A stretch of DNA of 64,000 nt, from NCBI GenBank assembly GCA_010405405.1, contig MU004230.1, forward strand, positions 964,627 to 1,028,626, given 5' to 3'. Made by a program: the position numbers and the translations under genes. Of the stretch, positions 61,764 through 64,000 are shown piece after piece. Numbering within the stretch: position 1 is the stretch's first letter; each line of letters opens with the position of its first letter. Below the pieces are notes generated by a model, which worked only from the letters and a program-made list of their open reading frames with translations, ran no database searches and had not been told where the DNA came from. This DNA is from Microthyrium microscopicum (taxonomy: Eukaryota).

Positions 61764-64000
61764 TTAGAAGATCATGCTCTTGACCGCATGCCGCCGCGAA
61801 CTCAACCGTCCTGGCGCAGGTCCTCTCGCACTACCCATCTCGATGCCCAGCCCGTCGCGGCCCTTGACCGGACTGCCCGGCGTGCTCATTGTGCCAATTG
61901 CATTCGTCTCCCGTGGCCGCATCTCTTGCCCTTGACTACGCGGCCGCGCACTCTTAGCCGCTCGATCAACAGCCTCCTTGAGCGCACGTTCATGTCGTAA
62001 GACTTCCGCACACCACTTCTTGCCACCAGGACCATTTGAATTATCGCTGCCGACAACGGTAGCGAGCGCACGCATCCAGCCCGCCTTGTCATCAGCCGAA
62101 TCGGCATAAAAGTCAATTGCCTCGCCATTTGCAAAGCGAATTCTGAAACCCTCCTCAACAAACATATACGCTTGATCCTCCTCCGCAAACGCGCTCTTGC
62201 GACGACCCTTGCCCGGCTTCGTCGAGCCATCCGGTTGCACAAGTGTATTTTTATCATCAATGAGCTTGTTGGCGCGGGCAAGACTAATCTTGGCACGTGG
62301 CTGACGCGTAGTCTCATGGAAAGCTGTAAGATTGAGACCAGACAGACGGAAGAAGCGGCGACGCCAAAAGGGACAGTCGCCGCCTTGTTGGCTGAGAAAA
62401 CCTTCCCATTCGGAGAACTGTGTCCTTTCGGCGGCGGCCATTTCGCGCACGCAGCCGTTCATTGACTTGGGCATTTCTTCTTCCTTGCAGCCCTTGGGGC
62501 GTGGAACGTAGAGGAGCTGGAGGGTGAGGTTGCCAACTTGGTAGGGTGGTCGTCGGGCCATGGTGTTGCCGCCGCGCTTGCTCTTGACACTGCTAGAGAA
62601 GTTGGGATCTTCGAGAGCCCACTCGTTGAAGACGGGCATGTCGATGGTGATGGGTCGACCATAGCACTGCTCTTCGTGGTTTTTGAGGGAGACGTAGGCG
62701 CGGCCGAAGGAGCCATCGTCGGCGACCAGCTCGTGGAGCAGGTCGTAGGCGGATGGAGGTGCGTTGGCGCGTCTAGCAGCGGTTTGCGCTTTACGTTGGC
62801 GCAGTTTACGCTCCTCGTCTTCGCGCTCTTGTTGGACTAGTCGCTCTTGTTCGCGTCGCTTCTTGGGCGAGGTTAGGAAACGTGAGAATGTTCCTTTTTT
62901 GCTGGCTGGCTTGACCTTTTGGGGAGTGGAATCGGGAGTCTCTATCTGTGCTGGTGGAGCAATTTGTGCTTGGAGAGTGAGTTGAAATTCGAGCTCATTA
63001 AGCACGACGAGTTCAAACTCTTGACCAATTGGTGCACTGCGACCAAGCTCAAGCTTAGATGTAGTCACACAATGTAAGCCATTGTCGAGAGTAAGCTGAA
63101 AAGAGGTCCGCTCGTCTGCTTGATGTTAGAAAAGTCGTAAACGCGCTAGTGATAAACTTACTTTGAGGGAGAGGCAGATCAAGATCCTTGACACCGACGA
63201 CTTTGACAAAAAGTCGACCTCGTTCGGCACCCTCTGCCATCTCTGCATTTTGCATAGGCTGGTCTTCCACAACAGTATCAAGAGCACCAACAGCACTCTC
63301 TTGACCAGGAAGTGGAGGAACAGGACCTGAAGGTGGCTTCTGACCCACGCTTCGCAAACTCTTTCTTCTAGTCGTTCCGTTCCATGGCTCAGTTGTCCAC
63401 GATTTAGATCGCTCATGAATGGGTCGGTGACCAGCTGGTGCGCCAGCTTGAGTAGCATCATCTGCCGAAAGAGGACGGTCAAGCTCAGATGAAGATCGTT
63501 CTCCACTGAAATTTCGCTTTGCAACAACTACCTTTGTGTTTTGTCTCATCAAATATCCCTTCTTTGGGCACGGAGTTTCGTTAGCATGATGGTTCCCAAT
63601 GAGTGGGTCAGACATGATTTGTGCTTGATAGCCAGTCCCACCAATGCGCTGGGCATTGTGGACTTGATATCTTCCAAAAGTAGAAAATTCGTAAAGAGAA
63701 TGAAAAGTGGCTGTCTCTACCTTTGATGATTCAATGACTCGGTCGAATTCGCGATCAAGACCAAAGCTTAGATCCTCACCAAGAGAATCTTGAGGGATTT
63801 CGAGTTGTGGCCGGAATGACTCGCGACGCTTCTTGTGCTCGGCGACAGCACGCTCAATAGTGCCATTTTCAGACAGCTCAGAGGGTTCATGAAGGCCGAA
63901 TGAGAAACGTTTTGGTGACTTTTCTGGAACAGGTGGTGGTAATGTGCCACTGACTTGACGACGAGTAGCTGCCATTACTTGGGTGTCCGCAGGAGCAAGA
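61764..64000 (-). CDS. BUD4: Bud4/anillin-like septin-associated protein, 3' part (anillin-homology + PH domain)
   Basis: LDREFDRVIESSK|KGYLMRQNTKVVVA, ERGRLFVKVVGVKDLDLPLP|...F.LTLDNGLHCVTT...IGQEFEL...LEFQLTL; PH domain WEGFLSQQGGDCPFWRRRFFRL...FRIRFANGEAIDFYADS...W. The gene runs off the window end. Confidence 0.92.

Noticed and set aside
1..64000. tRNA, rRNA or spliceosomal snRNA genes
   Set aside because: None recognised by eye; a tRNAscan-SE/Infernal run would be needed to exclude them.

Overview
64 kb of gene-dense, intron-containing DNA from a filamentous ascomycete (Pezizomycotina; GTRNGT donors, CTRAC branch points and a RIP signature). About 28 protein-coding loci were built by hand from splice signals. 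Core genes: TFB5, RAM1, an MDP-1-type phosphatase, a LAM/Ysp2-type GRAM-VASt sterol transporter, NOC3 and NIP7 head-to-head, and the 3' part of BUD4. Accessory or secreted genes: ferric/cupric reductase, CalB-type lipase, a PAN/apple protein and several orphans. Main points: (1) A complete 1,373-bp, RIP-inactivated Tc1 (DD34E) transposon splits one member of a tandem pair of very divergent alpha/beta-hydrolase-like genes; the broken copy keeps the putative nucleophile Ser while the intact copy has Ala. (2) A secreted protein carries a PHM/DBH-like copper-ligand pattern (HH...HxH...EEM), with the HxH on a 15-nt micro-exon. (3) Five Mac1-type TGCTCA elements cluster upstream of the metalloreductase. 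(4) There is a probable Atg38/NRBF2-like gene. (5) An orphan membrane protein has 22-aa repeats that diverge mostly at synonymous sites. Several unusual introns also occur. All family calls come from motif recognition by eye; no database search was run.
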